Origin: an uncultured Methanospirillum sp.
GTDB taxonomy: Archaea > Halobacteriota > Methanomicrobia > Methanomicrobiales > Methanospirillaceae
NCBI GenBank assembly: GCA_964637135.1
Contig: CAZWTX010000001.1
Coordinates: 124,001-188,000, forward strand
Length of the DNA: 64,000 nucleotides
Direction of reading: 5' to 3'
The translations under genes were made by a program, and so were the position numbers. The notes below the pieces were generated by a model that was not told where the DNA came from, did not search any database, and worked only from the letters and a program-made list of their open reading frames with translations. This document shows positions 17,452 to 27,242 of this stretch, piece after piece. The stretch's first letter is position 1, and each line of letters begins with the position of its first letter.

Positions 17452-18131
17452 AATTTATCACGGTTGCCGGACCGCCTTCCTCAGGGAAGACCGCGATACT
17501 CATGCACACCATCCAGCGACTTCTTGACGAAGGAACCCGGGTTGCAGTCGGGAAAATTGACTGCATCGAAACCGATGACGGGGAACGGCTGAAAAAACTC
17601 GGGATACCAGTAATTATTGGCCTGAGCGGGGATCTCTGCCCTGACCATTACTATGTCTCTAATCTCGAGGAGATTCTCGACTGGGCCAAAGAACAGGAGG
17701 CAGAGATGACAATCCTTGAAACTGCGGGGCTCTGTCACCGGTGTGCCCCGGCAATCGATGGCTGTCTCTCGGTTGTGGTGATCGATACCCTGAGCGGGAT
17801 CGAGACACCCCGGAAAATCGGCCCCGTTCTGACCACCGCCGATGTCGTTGTGATCACCAAGGGAGAGATCGTCTCACAGGCAGAGCGGGAGGTCTTCCGC
17901 CAGAAGGTCAGCCTGGTCAACCCGAACGCAGAAATCGTTGAGTTCAACGGGCTGACCGGGAAGGGATCCGTTTCCCTACGGAAGATCCTTGCCGGATCGC
18001 CCGATATAAGCACGCTCGTCGATAGCACCCTGCGAAGTTCCATGCCTGCTGCGATCTGTTCGTACTGCACCGGTGAGACCAGGATCGGGAACTCATTTCA
18101 GCTCGGAAATGTGCTGAAGATCATCTCCTGA
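17448..18131 (+). CDS. HypB/UreG/CobW-like (G3E) metallochaperone GTPase
   Basis: GPPSSGKT, LCPDH, ETAGLCHRC, TKGE and C-terminal CSYC. Confidence 0.85.
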   Translation: MKFITVAGPPSSGKTAILMHTIQRLLDEGTRVAVGKIDCIETDDGERLKKLGIPVIIGLSGDLCPDHYYVSNLEEILDWAKEQEAEMTILETAGLCHRCAPAIDGCLSVVVIDTLSGIETPRKIGPVLTTADVVVITKGEIVSQAEREVFRQKVSLVNPNAEIVEFNGLTGKGSVSLRKILAGSPDISTLVDSTLRSSMPAAICSYCTGETRIGNSFQLGNVLKIIS

Positions 18132-18142
18132 GGCGGGGTACC

Positions 18143-18901
18143 ATGTCAGTCAAAAGAGCTATTGAAAAGATTACCATAACCGGCGGGTTTACCAAGAACG
18201 GTGAACGGGAGAACATTCAATCCCTTGAGATCCTGAAAGGGGAGATCCTGGTACTGGTCGGACCGACCGGTTCGGGAAAAAGTATGCTCCTGGCCGATAT
18301 CGAACTTCTGGCCCAGGGGGATACTCCTTCCAAAAGAACCGTTTTTGTCAACGATGGGGCCTTTGCGGGATCCCGGAGTGAGATCATCGCCCAGTTATCG
18401 CAGACGATGAACTTTGTCATGGACACAACCGTTGGGGAGTTCCTCGGGCTGCATGCATCCAGCAGGAATATCAGCGATCCATCCGTTGTCAGGGAAGTGA
18501 TTCAACTCGCAAACAGTCTCGCCGGCGAACCGATCAATCCGGAAGATTTTGTCACCGCACTCAGTGGCGGCCAGTCCCGATCGCTCATGATAGCCGATAT
18601 TGCCATGATAAGCAATTCGCCAATCGTACTCGTGGACGAGATAGAGAATGCAGGAATAGACAAGTTCCGGGCATTGGAACTCCTCTCCGATTCAGGAAAG
18701 ATCGTCATCGTGGCAAGCCATGATCCCGTGATCATGCTCATGACCGGACGACGGATCGTGATGCAGAACGGGGGAATGACCCGGATAATGGAGACGACAC
18801 AGAAAGAACGGAAAGTGCTTGAAGAAATCGTCTCGTTCGATATCCGGATGTTCGGCCTGCGGGAATCGCTCCGGACGAATGGAACCCTGGAAGAAACCTA
18901 A
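18143..18901 (+). CDS. Second ABC-type ATPase
   Basis: GPTGSGKS, LSGGQ, LVDE, SHD. Confidence 0.85.
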   Translation: MSVKRAIEKITITGGFTKNGERENIQSLEILKGEILVLVGPTGSGKSMLLADIELLAQGDTPSKRTVFVNDGAFAGSRSEIIAQLSQTMNFVMDTTVGEFLGLHASSRNISDPSVVREVIQLANSLAGEPINPEDFVTALSGGQSRSLMIADIAMISNSPIVLVDEIENAGIDKFRALELLSDSGKIVIVASHDPVIMLMTGRRIVMQNGGMTRIMETTQKERKVLEEIVSFDIRMFGLRESLRTNGTLEET

Positions 18902-19779
18902 TGAACTTTGAAGAAAAGGTAAAAATGACCACCATTGATATCGGACTGCCGGTCTCTATTGCACGGATGTTAATCCAGAAGATCGGGCCTATCGTGCCAG
19001 ATGCGACAATCATCACAAGGAGAGTCCAGGAAGAAGAAGTCGAGCCACATTCCGGCAATCCGGACGAGATACCAGACCTGACCACGACGCACCAGATCTC
19101 GATCCTGCGAAACCGGGACCGGATGGCAGCATCCGGATTGTATGAGACTAATCCCGGGAGAGTCTCCGGGATGCGTGAAGAGCTGGTTACTCGGGGATTT
19201 GAGGATCCATCCGGCCTCTTTACCACGGTCTGTGTCGTACCGGTAGTCCTCATCTATCACCGGGAGGTTCAAAACCCCCCCGTTTCCTGGGAAGATCTCC
19301 TGGATCCCCGCTGGGAAGGAAAAATTCACGTGCCGTCGCCGGTGATCCTGAAAAAACTGTTGACGATGTATGGCCTGAGTCTCTTCCAGGACCGGGCAGA
19401 ACGTCTCTTCCGGAACGTGGTCTTTGACGGACTTCCTATCGATGTGAACCAGAAAGTGAATGCAGGAATCTATGATATCGGGGTTGTCTCGCTTCCCTTC
19501 GCCCGGGCATCCCGGGCGGGAAACGTCACGATCTGCTGGCCCCGCGAAGGAGCACTTGCCCTGCCCCAGGTGATGATCCAAAAGAAAGGGGTAGAGGAAC
19601 AGGTACTCCCGGTCTGCCGGTACCTCCTTTCTGAGGAGGCACAACAGTACCTCTCTGATATCGGTTGCATGGTCCCGGTCAATCCTTCCATTCCCGTCCC
19701 CCGCGAAGCAGAAGAGAACAACCTTACATTCTACTGGAAGGGGTGGGACTGGTTTATCGGGAATCTGCAGAATGTCTGA
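18901..19779 (+). CDS. Type II solute-binding-fold protein (Fe3+/polyamine class) without signal peptide
   Basis: PVSWEDLLDPRWEGKI, WPREGALALP, YLLSEEAQ; no hydrophobic N-terminus. Confidence 0.75.
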   Translation: MNFEEKVKMTTIDIGLPVSIARMLIQKIGPIVPDATIITRRVQEEEVEPHSGNPDEIPDLTTTHQISILRNRDRMAASGLYETNPGRVSGMREELVTRGFEDPSGLFTTVCVVPVVLIYHREVQNPPVSWEDLLDPRWEGKIHVPSPVILKKLLTMYGLSLFQDRAERLFRNVVFDGLPIDVNQKVNAGIYDIGVVSLPFARASRAGNVTICWPREGALALPQVMIQKKGVEEQVLPVCRYLLSEEAQQYLSDIGCMVPVNPSIPVPREAEENNLTFYWKGWDWFIGNLQNV

Positions 19780-20001
19780 TTCTTCGGAATCGAAAATCCA
19801 TCCTTCTCTTTTATCCGTCCGATCAACCCCTGCTCTGCTGATCTACCGGGTTCACCGCCGGGGAGAACCTACCTGATCGGCATTCCCCGCCAGGAAAGAA
19901 TAGTGCCATTGTCCGGACAGTGCAGAGATCACCGGGTGCAGGGGACTGGTTTACCGGGAACAATGACCGGTCTGTGGCCCGGCATCCCTCCGGAACCGGA
20001 A

Positions 20002-22824
20002 TCAGGACTCCCGGAGATACTTCCCCTTCGGGACGAATATCTCGAACCGGCACCCTTCTCCGAAGATGCCGGTCTCCTTAATGGTAATTCCTGACATGGA
20101 AAGGATCTCCCGGGTAAGGAATAATCCATACCCGGTATTTTTCCCAAATCCCCGCTCGAATATAATCTCCTTGAGATCATCCTGAACACCGCAACCATTG
20201 TCTTCAAAAAGGATGACAAGGCCGGTATCGGTCTCCCGGGTACTGATATTGATCCGGGTCAGTCCGTCACCATGGCGGAGGGAATTATCAATCAGGTTAT
20301 AGCAGGTCTTCTCAAACAGGGGATCTGCCAGGATTGAGACATGGGGAGTGTTAATTGATAATGCAACAGCTCCGAGGGGAACCTTTGAAGCAGCATTGGT
20401 ACATGTCTTCTCCAGGTCCTGCCAGGCGGGAAGGTTCACCCCAATCTCCTGGTATGTCCGGGTGAAATTGACAAAATGTTCGGTCTCCTCAAGTGACCGG
20501 CGCATGAGTCGGATCGATTCATTCTGCTCCGGGGTTAATCCGGATTCTTCGAGCAGATAGATATGTGCCTTCGCGATCATCAGTTTGTTGAGGATATCAT
20601 GCCTCGTGATGCTGGAGAGGAGGTTGAGTTTCTTGTTTGCGGCGAGAATTGCTTCTTCTGCAATCTTATGTGAAGTAATATCACGCATCGATTCAATTGC
20701 ACCGATAATCTCACCCGTCTTCCCATAAATCCGCGATGCAATATGCGATATGTATCGCTTCTCACCAGAAATTCCGAGCCAGTTATTTGTTCTGAACAGG
20801 TCTCCGTCTTTCTCAAGATGGGGGTACAGGTCAGCATGGGGAATCTCAGGGTGGAGGGCAATGTCGATGAGAAGAGGCCGTTCAGTGTCGTAGAACCAGT
20901 GCCAGTATTCTCCGTTCGTTTTACCGATGGCCTGGTCTGCCGTAATTCCGGTCATATGTTCAAGGGCCCGGTTCCAGAAGAGAACCTTTCCGTTCTTATC
21001 AATGACAAAGGTTGGATCGGGGAGAAATTCCAGAATTGTCCGGATGCGGGAGTATGAATCACGGAGTGCTTCCTGTTCTGCATGCAGTTTGATGGCGCGG
21101 TTTTGAACGGAGATATCCCGTATCTGGACGAGCACCAACGGTTTGTTCTCCTCTGGTATCCGTGAGAGACGGATATTGAATTGTTGTTCAGTTCCTTCAT
21201 GGCTCCGGGAAACAAGGTGTTCACTGAACTCCTGGCCGGAACAGGTGAGATACTCCTGGATCATGGCAGCAATATCCGGTCCAATCTCCCCGAAGAGTTC
21301 ATCGGGTTCCCTGCCAATGGCGGCCTCCCGGGAAACCGGGAGAAGATCTTCCCCTGCCCGGTTGATGTTGACCAGGCGGAGTCCTTCGAAGAGAAATAAC
21401 GCATCTGCAGATGACTGGAAGAGACTGATGTACTGTTCCCTGCTTTCTTTCAATGAAGAGAACATCTTCCAGAGCTGATCGGCCATGACCGAGAACGAGT
21501 GGGAGAGTTCACCCAGTTCATCTTTCCGATCCAGTTCCTTCCACCGGGTCCAGTCTCCGTCGGCAAGAGCTTTCGCTGACCGGTTCATGGAAAGGATGGG
21601 ATCGGTAATCCACCGGGCAAGGACGATACTCAGGAGAACTGCTCCCGACACCGCGATGAGGAACAGGTAAAATGTGTTCGTATTGTTCCGGGTGATATCC
21701 TCCATAAAGTCAGATTCCGGGATTACGACGAAGATATTCCATGAAAGACCGTATTCATCCCGGTATGGGGATACCGTGACATAATGACGGGTTCCATTGT
21801 GTAAAAAGGTCTCCTGCCGGTTCAGATGAGCATCCGGCGTATCATGACCGCTTTCACTGAAGTGCCGGTAGGCAGATTCGATCACCGGATCCCCACAGTC
21901 TCCCGAGGACATACGGACAAGTTCATCGTTTACCCGTTTGTATGGTTCCCGGATCTTTGAGGATGCAATGAGGTTTCCGGATGGATCGATAATGAAGGCT
22001 TCTCCGTTCTTTGAAATGTTCATTGCCTGCAGGTACTCACCGATACCCCCCAGGGTGAGCGAGGTGTCCATAACTCCGAGAAACGGAGAATCTTTGGATT
22101 TGACCGGAACCACGGCGTCAAGACCGACAATTCCCTCCATCCACATGTACACCGGGGTCCAAACCGGCCGGTCTTCTTTCTGGGCAGATTGGTACCATGG
22201 CCTTGTTCGCGGATCATAATCCGGGATGGTGAGCGTCTTCTCAAGGATCACCCCGTTCCGGTCAATCAGGTATTCGAAAAAGGAATTATTCGTCTCTTTG
22301 CCGGAAATTCCCAGGAAACGGTTATTTCCATCTGCAACGCCGGGTGCACCGACTGCAGAGATGATCGTATAATTGCCATCCGCATGGTTTGCGTAACAGA
22401 TTGATTCAATCGTGCCAAACCGGTAGGTGAGTTCCTGGAAATGTCTCTGAAGGGCCTCGTTATCACGGGTATCCACTTCACCGAGGCGGATGGAATCAAG
22501 GCAGATCTGGTTCACAAGGTGGGGGGTTGTCAGGTATCTGTCCAGGTGACCGGCAATCTCCCCGGATACCTCGTCCATGAGCTGGTTTGCGAGGTCATTA
22601 ACCGCGTACTGGCTGTTCTGGAAGGAGAGGTACCAGGTGATACCGGTTACACAGAGGACCACGAGAACAATGGACATCGTCAGTACGGTACGTAATCTGA
22701 ACCTGCCGATGAATCGTTGAATGAGGGAAGACTGGTGGTGAGAACCGATCTCAGGTCTCACAGCAGGGCCCATGGGTGAAGATTCATCATCATTTTTCAT
22801 GATATAGATACCGATATCAGCCAT
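20002..22824 (-). CDS. Membrane sensor histidine kinase (Cache, HAMP, PAS x2, HisKA, HATPase)
   Basis: YDPRTRPWY (Cache), DELGELSHSF (HAMP), SITRHDILN (H box), NLIDNSLRHG, EDNGCG, GYGLF. Confidence 0.92.
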   Translation of the reverse strand: MADIGIYIMKNDDESSPMGPAVRPEIGSHHQSSLIQRFIGRFRLRTVLTMSIVLVVLCVTGITWYLSFQNSQYAVNDLANQLMDEVSGEIAGHLDRYLTTPHLVNQICLDSIRLGEVDTRDNEALQRHFQELTYRFGTIESICYANHADGNYTIISAVGAPGVADGNNRFLGISGKETNNSFFEYLIDRNGVILEKTLTIPDYDPRTRPWYQSAQKEDRPVWTPVYMWMEGIVGLDAVVPVKSKDSPFLGVMDTSLTLGGIGEYLQAMNISKNGEAFIIDPSGNLIASSKIREPYKRVNDELVRMSSGDCGDPVIESAYRHFSESGHDTPDAHLNRQETFLHNGTRHYVTVSPYRDEYGLSWNIFVVIPESDFMEDITRNNTNTFYLFLIAVSGAVLLSIVLARWITDPILSMNRSAKALADGDWTRWKELDRKDELGELSHSFSVMADQLWKMFSSLKESREQYISLFQSSADALFLFEGLRLVNINRAGEDLLPVSREAAIGREPDELFGEIGPDIAAMIQEYLTCSGQEFSEHLVSRSHEGTEQQFNIRLSRIPEENKPLVLVQIRDISVQNRAIKLHAEQEALRDSYSRIRTILEFLPDPTFVIDKNGKVLFWNRALEHMTGITADQAIGKTNGEYWHWFYDTERPLLIDIALHPEIPHADLYPHLEKDGDLFRTNNWLGISGEKRYISHIASRIYGKTGEIIGAIESMRDITSHKIAEEAILAANKKLNLLSSITRHDILNKLMIAKAHIYLLEESGLTPEQNESIRLMRRSLEETEHFVNFTRTYQEIGVNLPAWQDLEKTCTNAASKVPLGAVALSINTPHVSILADPLFEKTCYNLIDNSLRHGDGLTRINISTRETDTGLVILFEDNGCGVQDDLKEIIFERGFGKNTGYGLFLTREILSMSGITIKETGIFGEGCRFEIFVPKGKYLRES

Positions 22825-23225
22825 CTGGTGCCGGAAAAAGGGTCTGTCACCGGAAGGTATCAGAGGTCAGCCGTTACGAAACTACCTGGGATTGACAGTT
22901 TAATATACCTTTTCATGGCCTGATTTGTACCGGTCCGTGATACCGGGGATATCCGGCGATTCTGCCGGATATCAGCATTCCGGTTCCTGTAACTCTCATA
23001 TCCGTCACCAACAGGGCCGTCCCGGTTCACCATTGGACGACAGGAAATCAGGATAATCCCGGGTTTGCGAAGAGCACCGGCACGACTGAAAGAGGACGAA
23101 GAGTGCGTTGCTGCCGGTGCCGGGTGTATGGTGGTGTGATGAATACCTCCCCGGAAGGGAACCTGATATGTACTGCTTCAACGTATCCGTATTATGAATG
23201 CAACGTTCCTCTTCAGGGGGGACAT

Positions 23226-25223
23226 ATGACAAATTATCTCATAGTAATTATTGGAATCTTTCTGATTCTTCTCATATCAGCCGGAACAGGATGCGCATCG
23301 CCATTCGGGCAGGAATCCGTACAACCGACATACCTGACATCTTCATACGGGTCTGATGGGGGGATGTCACCGACGTGGGAGAAATCGCGCTTTCCGGGAC
23401 AGGATCCCGGGATTATGGATGGTAATCCCGGCATGAATAGTGATCCGCAGGATGGCATTTTTAATCCCACCGGAGGGGCAGGCGGGATTGATACCGGTAC
23501 CACACCCGGATTTGCCGGTGATCCTGCACCGGTGTATCAGGGAAGCTCAGGATATTCAGACGGAGGGATATCGACATGGGTAACTCCCTCTATAGCCCCC
23601 GTTACCGGGGAAGATCAGGGAGTAATGGGAATTCCACCGCAGCAGGATAACCCGGCCGGAACCTGGACAGAGCCAGTACAACAGCCCGTTACAGGAAATC
23701 CGGAGATCATCTCAGGGGACGAACAGGGAGTGTGGAGGATTCCGCCACAACAGGATACCACATCCCAGACAGATATACAACCAGTATCTGAACCAGTCTC
23801 CACAAATCCGGAGATCATTTCAGGGGACGAACAGGGAGTATGGAGGATCCCGGCACAGCCGGATACCACACCACAGACAGGAATACAACCAGCCAACGAA
23901 CCTGCTCCAGGAAACCCCGAGATTATTTCAGGGGACGAACAGGGAGTGTGGAGAATTCCACCACAACAGGATACCACACCACAGACAGGAATACAACCAG
24001 TATCTGAACCACTCTCCGAAAACCCGGAGATCATTTCAGGAGATGAACAGGGAGTGTGGAGGATCCCGGCACAGCCGGATACCACACCACAGGCAGGCAT
24101 ACAACCAGCCACTGAACCAGTCTCCGAAAATCCGGAGATCATTTCAGGAGATGAAGAGGGAGTATGGAGGATTCCGCCACAACAGGAAAACCCATCTCAA
24201 CCATGGACACAGTCAGTACCTGAACCAGTCTCCGAAAATCCGGAGATCATTTCAGGAGATGAAGAGGGAGTATGGAGAATTCCGCCACAACAGGAGAACC
24301 CGGCTCAACCATGGACACAGCCAGTACAACAGCCGGTTGCCGGAAATCCGGGCTGCCAGATTATGCCGATACAGGATCCCGGGATCTGGCGGATTCCGGA
24401 ACAACCCCCGGTTACAGGGGTTCCCTGTACCCCGGTGGTCACTCCGGATCCCGGAGGGATATTCAATCCTCCCGGCGGATATCCGTCACCAGGATGTGAC
24501 CCGGGTTCGGGAGGAGGAAGTTCTCATCAATACCCGCCAGGATTCCATGACGGAGGAGATGATCCACCCCGTGAGGCCTACTTCCCCTGGGAAAAATATC
24601 CGGCAGACCGGTGGTGGCGGTCATCTGATTCGTCATATTTCAGGTATCATAATGCAGCCATCCTGGTAACCAGTTCACCTTCCGGTGCGAACGTATACCT
24701 GAGAGGCTCGTACAAGGGAAAGACACCTTCCCACGGATACCTTGAGATCTCTGATCTTGCTCCCGGTTCCTACACGATCCGGGTGGAACACTCTGGATAT
24801 GCAGAGTATTCAGAGTCGGTCATCGTGAGCAGGAACGAAGTACTGGTCGTGGATGCTGACCTGACCAAAGACCGGACTACTACACCGGTAAAGACCGGAT
24901 TCCTCAGCCTGAAATCCGAGCCGGCAGGAGCGGAGATCTACCTTGACAACCGGTACATGGGAGTGACCCCGCTTACCCTGCAGAATATTGGTCCGGGAAT
25001 ACACGGAGTAATACTGAGAAAAGCCGGGTACATGGATTACGAAACCGATGTCTCCATCGTGGCAGGACAACTGGCCCTCATATCAGCCATTCTCCCGGAG
25101 AATATCCCGCCGGCAGAAACACCGGTGGCGGCCGAACCGACCCGTGCCCCGGTGTCTCTTCCAATACTCGCTGCAGGACTCATTATCGCAGTATTTCTCG
25201 TCCGCCAGGTTCGGAACCGGTAA
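23226..25223 (+). CDS. Secreted PEGA-domain surface protein with 36-aa tandem repeats and C-terminal sorting signal
   Basis: Signal peptide; two PEGA domains (VTSSPSGANVY, LKSEPAGAEIYLD); terminal PTRAPVSLP + TM + RQVRNR. Confidence 0.85.
   Translation: MTNYLIVIIGIFLILLISAGTGCASPFGQESVQPTYLTSSYGSDGGMSPTWEKSRFPGQDPGIMDGNPGMNSDPQDGIFNPTGGAGGIDTGTTPGFAGDPAPVYQGSSGYSDGGISTWVTPSIAPVTGEDQGVMGIPPQQDNPAGTWTEPVQQPVTGNPEIISGDEQGVWRIPPQQDTTSQTDIQPVSEPVSTNPEIISGDEQGVWRIPAQPDTTPQTGIQPANEPAPGNPEIISGDEQGVWRIPPQQDTTPQTGIQPVSEPLSENPEIISGDEQGVWRIPAQPDTTPQAGIQPATEPVSENPEIISGDEEGVWRIPPQQENPSQPWTQSVPEPVSENPEIISGDEEGVWRIPPQQENPAQPWTQPVQQPVAGNPGCQIMPIQDPGIWRIPEQPPVTGVPCTPVVTPDPGGIFNPPGGYPSPGCDPGSGGGSSHQYPPGFHDGGDDPPREAYFPWEKYPADRWWRSSDSSYFRYHNAAILVTSSPSGANVYLRGSYKGKTPSHGYLEISDLAPGSYTIRVEHSGYAEYSESVIVSRNEVLVVDADLTKDRTTTPVKTGFLSLKSEPAGAEIYLDNRYMGVTPLTLQNIGPGIHGVILRKAGYMDYETDVSIVAGQLALISAILPENIPPAETPVAAEPTRAPVSLPILAAGLIIAVFLVRQVRNR
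23697..24344 (+). repeat. Six 108-bp coding tandem repeats (NPEIISGDE[Q/E]GVWRIP...)
   Basis: Unit starts at 23697, 23805, 23913, 24021, 24129 and 24237; degenerate copies on both flanks. Confidence 0.95.
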
Positions 25224-25531
25224 TGGCCGGTTCATCTCTTTTTTCTAACCTTTATTGAAAGGATACCCGGGGAGAGAAGCAGGGGTGAAGCACCCCGATA
25301 ATTCGGGATTTCTACAGATGGAAAGCCGGGAGCAGGATCTCACCCGTTTCTCACGGTGTATCCTGATGCTCCCAAAAAGATAGGAGATGATAGTACCATG
25401 TCCAGGACGGCCATACATGGAACAGAGACGGTCCTGACTCAAGGGGAGATGATGGACCAGCACGAATGAAAAGACCTTTGCAGCCGGACCAATGGAACTG
25501 AGTGAAGAGGTACTTTTCGGAGGAGATACTG

Positions 25532-25615
25532 ATGCTTGAATATGAATTGGCGATTGCCATCGGTTCTGCAGGGGCTGCAGTTCTGAATGGAGTCGGGCTT
25601 ATCATTATGTGGTGA
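25532..25615 (+). CDS. Candidate 27-aa hydrophobic small protein
   Basis: GGAGGAGA upstream of ATG; MLEYELAIAIGSAGAAVLNGVGLIIMW*. Confidence 0.35.
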   Translation: MLEYELAIAIGSAGAAVLNGVGLIIMW

Positions 25616-25790
25616 AGATATCTGTCTTGCTGATTCCTCACGGGCATTTGCCGGTGATGTGATTGGTCATCTGAGGGCATATCCTGATGGAAACGGGGAA
25701 GTAATCCCATAGGAGGTATCGGTACCACTCTGTTATATCTGGATGATCTGACAACAAAGAAAGAAAAAATTCTATTTCCACAGATTTCGA

Positions 25791-26036
25791 TTATATCTGC
25801 ATACTTACTTCGCCTGCAGCAAGAGGTTTCATGCATAAACTTCCCTTTCGTGCTTCTTCTATGATAATATCCATTTTTCGGGAAATTTCCGGAGTAAAAT
25901 ATGCCTCATTACACCGCTCACACACATATGCTGGAATATCCTTGATAACTACAATTTCATCGTCAACTCGTGCCATGAATTCAGTGTGACCTTCTTTCAG
26001 TGTCCCTTTGCAAAAGGAACATCTTTCAGGTTTCAT
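25791..26036 (-). CDS. YgiT/MqsA-type zinc-finger protein (antitoxin-like)
   Basis: CSFC...VIKDIPAYVCERCNEAYF. Confidence 0.85.
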   Translation of the reverse strand: MKPERCSFCKGTLKEGHTEFMARVDDEIVVIKDIPAYVCERCNEAYFTPEISRKMDIIIEEARKGSLCMKPLAAGEVSMQI

Positions 26037-26335
26037 TCTCTTCTCCTCTCATTATAGGTAATCCAATGGGTATCATCTGGATAGTAACAGGTGATTATTC
26101 GAAGGTGATCATCACATACACCAATTACAACATGCAACATTATATCGGTTGTCTCAATACCCATTAGAACTGATGGGCAGGGCTCATCATCCGAATATAT
26201 TTCAATTATCTCTCCGGTTAATATCGCCAGTTCTATAGCACCTGTTGTTATGCCACGTTCTGCCATCCTGAGCCTGGCATGGGCAGTAATAAGGTATTGA
26301 TCTGAACGGATGTATGACCGAATCTTTTCAATCAT
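26033..26335 (-). CDS. DUF4258-family protein (putative toxin)
   Basis: ITAHARLRMAERGI, GEIIEIYSDD.PCPSVL, LHVV...IITCYYPD; ATGA overlap with the YgiT-type gene. Confidence 0.85.
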   Translation of the reverse strand: MIEKIRSYIRSDQYLITAHARLRMAERGITTGAIELAILTGEIIEIYSDDEPCPSVLMGIETTDIMLHVVIGVCDDHLRIITCYYPDDTHWITYNERRRE

Positions 26336-27126
26336 CGATAATAAGCCTCTTAATGAGAGGTTCAATCTGTTGTATTGAGATAATATGATTGTCGTTTACT
26401 CATTACATACAGTCAGAAAATATTGAAGACTAATTCTGGGTATCCATACATTAGTCTCTGAATTGATACAGATCCCGTCGGGATATTCACTTCTTATCGG
26501 AGCACACTGGTTATGACAACCTTCAGAAGATAACACATATGTGCCGTTATAGGCATGGGAGACACAGAGGACTGATTTGATTTAGTCCTCGAAAATTCCT
26601 GGAATATCGCTCCGGGTATTCCCCCCTATTGTAGACATTTACCGCTGACTTTGTTCGTACACGTCACCCATTGGAACGTTGAATTCACCGCCTCTCTCGT
26701 TCCTTTGATTAATATCAGATTTTTGACATTATGGCGAAATACTATTGTATTGATGCAATTGCAATTCTCTCTATACCGATAAACAACGTTTAAATTGGTA
26801 AAAGAAGCGCTCAATCGTATTAATCATGCAGACTGGAAGAATCGCAAAATAAGTGATATCAGGTATTCCGGGATTAATGAAGGGCACGAGTAATGGTGTG
26901 ACTATTGGCGAAGAGTAATGTGTAACTCAAATACAAACTCGTTCTTCTCGTTGATTCGCGATTAGATAATAGATATTGATTCTAATGGAAAAAATTACAT
27001 CCCCTTCTTTTTTCGGGTGTCTTGCAACTGGACAATCCTTCATTCATCTGCCCGGACCTGGGTAAAAGCATTCTCCGGATATGACGGAGGTGTGATCTCC
27101 ATGCACTCAGGGAAGAGAACCGGGGG

Positions 27127-27144
27127 AATTAGGTTAACCTGATT
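27127..27144. promoter_or_regulatory. Near-perfect 18-bp palindrome, candidate operator
   Basis: AATTAGGTTAACCTGATT (one mismatched pair), ~100 nt upstream of the Fe/B12-type binding-protein gene. Confidence 0.4.
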
Positions 27145-27242
27145 AAAGTAAATTGTTTTACTGTTGAAGATATTCCGGTCACCCTTTAAACGGATAGTAA
27201 CCATGTGTATAGGATCAAGATCAGTTCTTGACAGGTGAATTC

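Noticed and set aside
23697..24344. Regularly spaced repeats as a CRISPR array
   Set aside because: The period is 108 bp (a multiple of 3), the intervening sequences are homologous to each other, the array lies in an open frame, and no cas genes are present.
26366..27120. Riboswitch or ncRNA in the long intergenic region (hairpin at 26567-26590)
   Set aside because: Only one isolated hairpin; I could not identify cobalamin or other riboswitch consensus elements by eye. An Rfam/Infernal scan would be needed.
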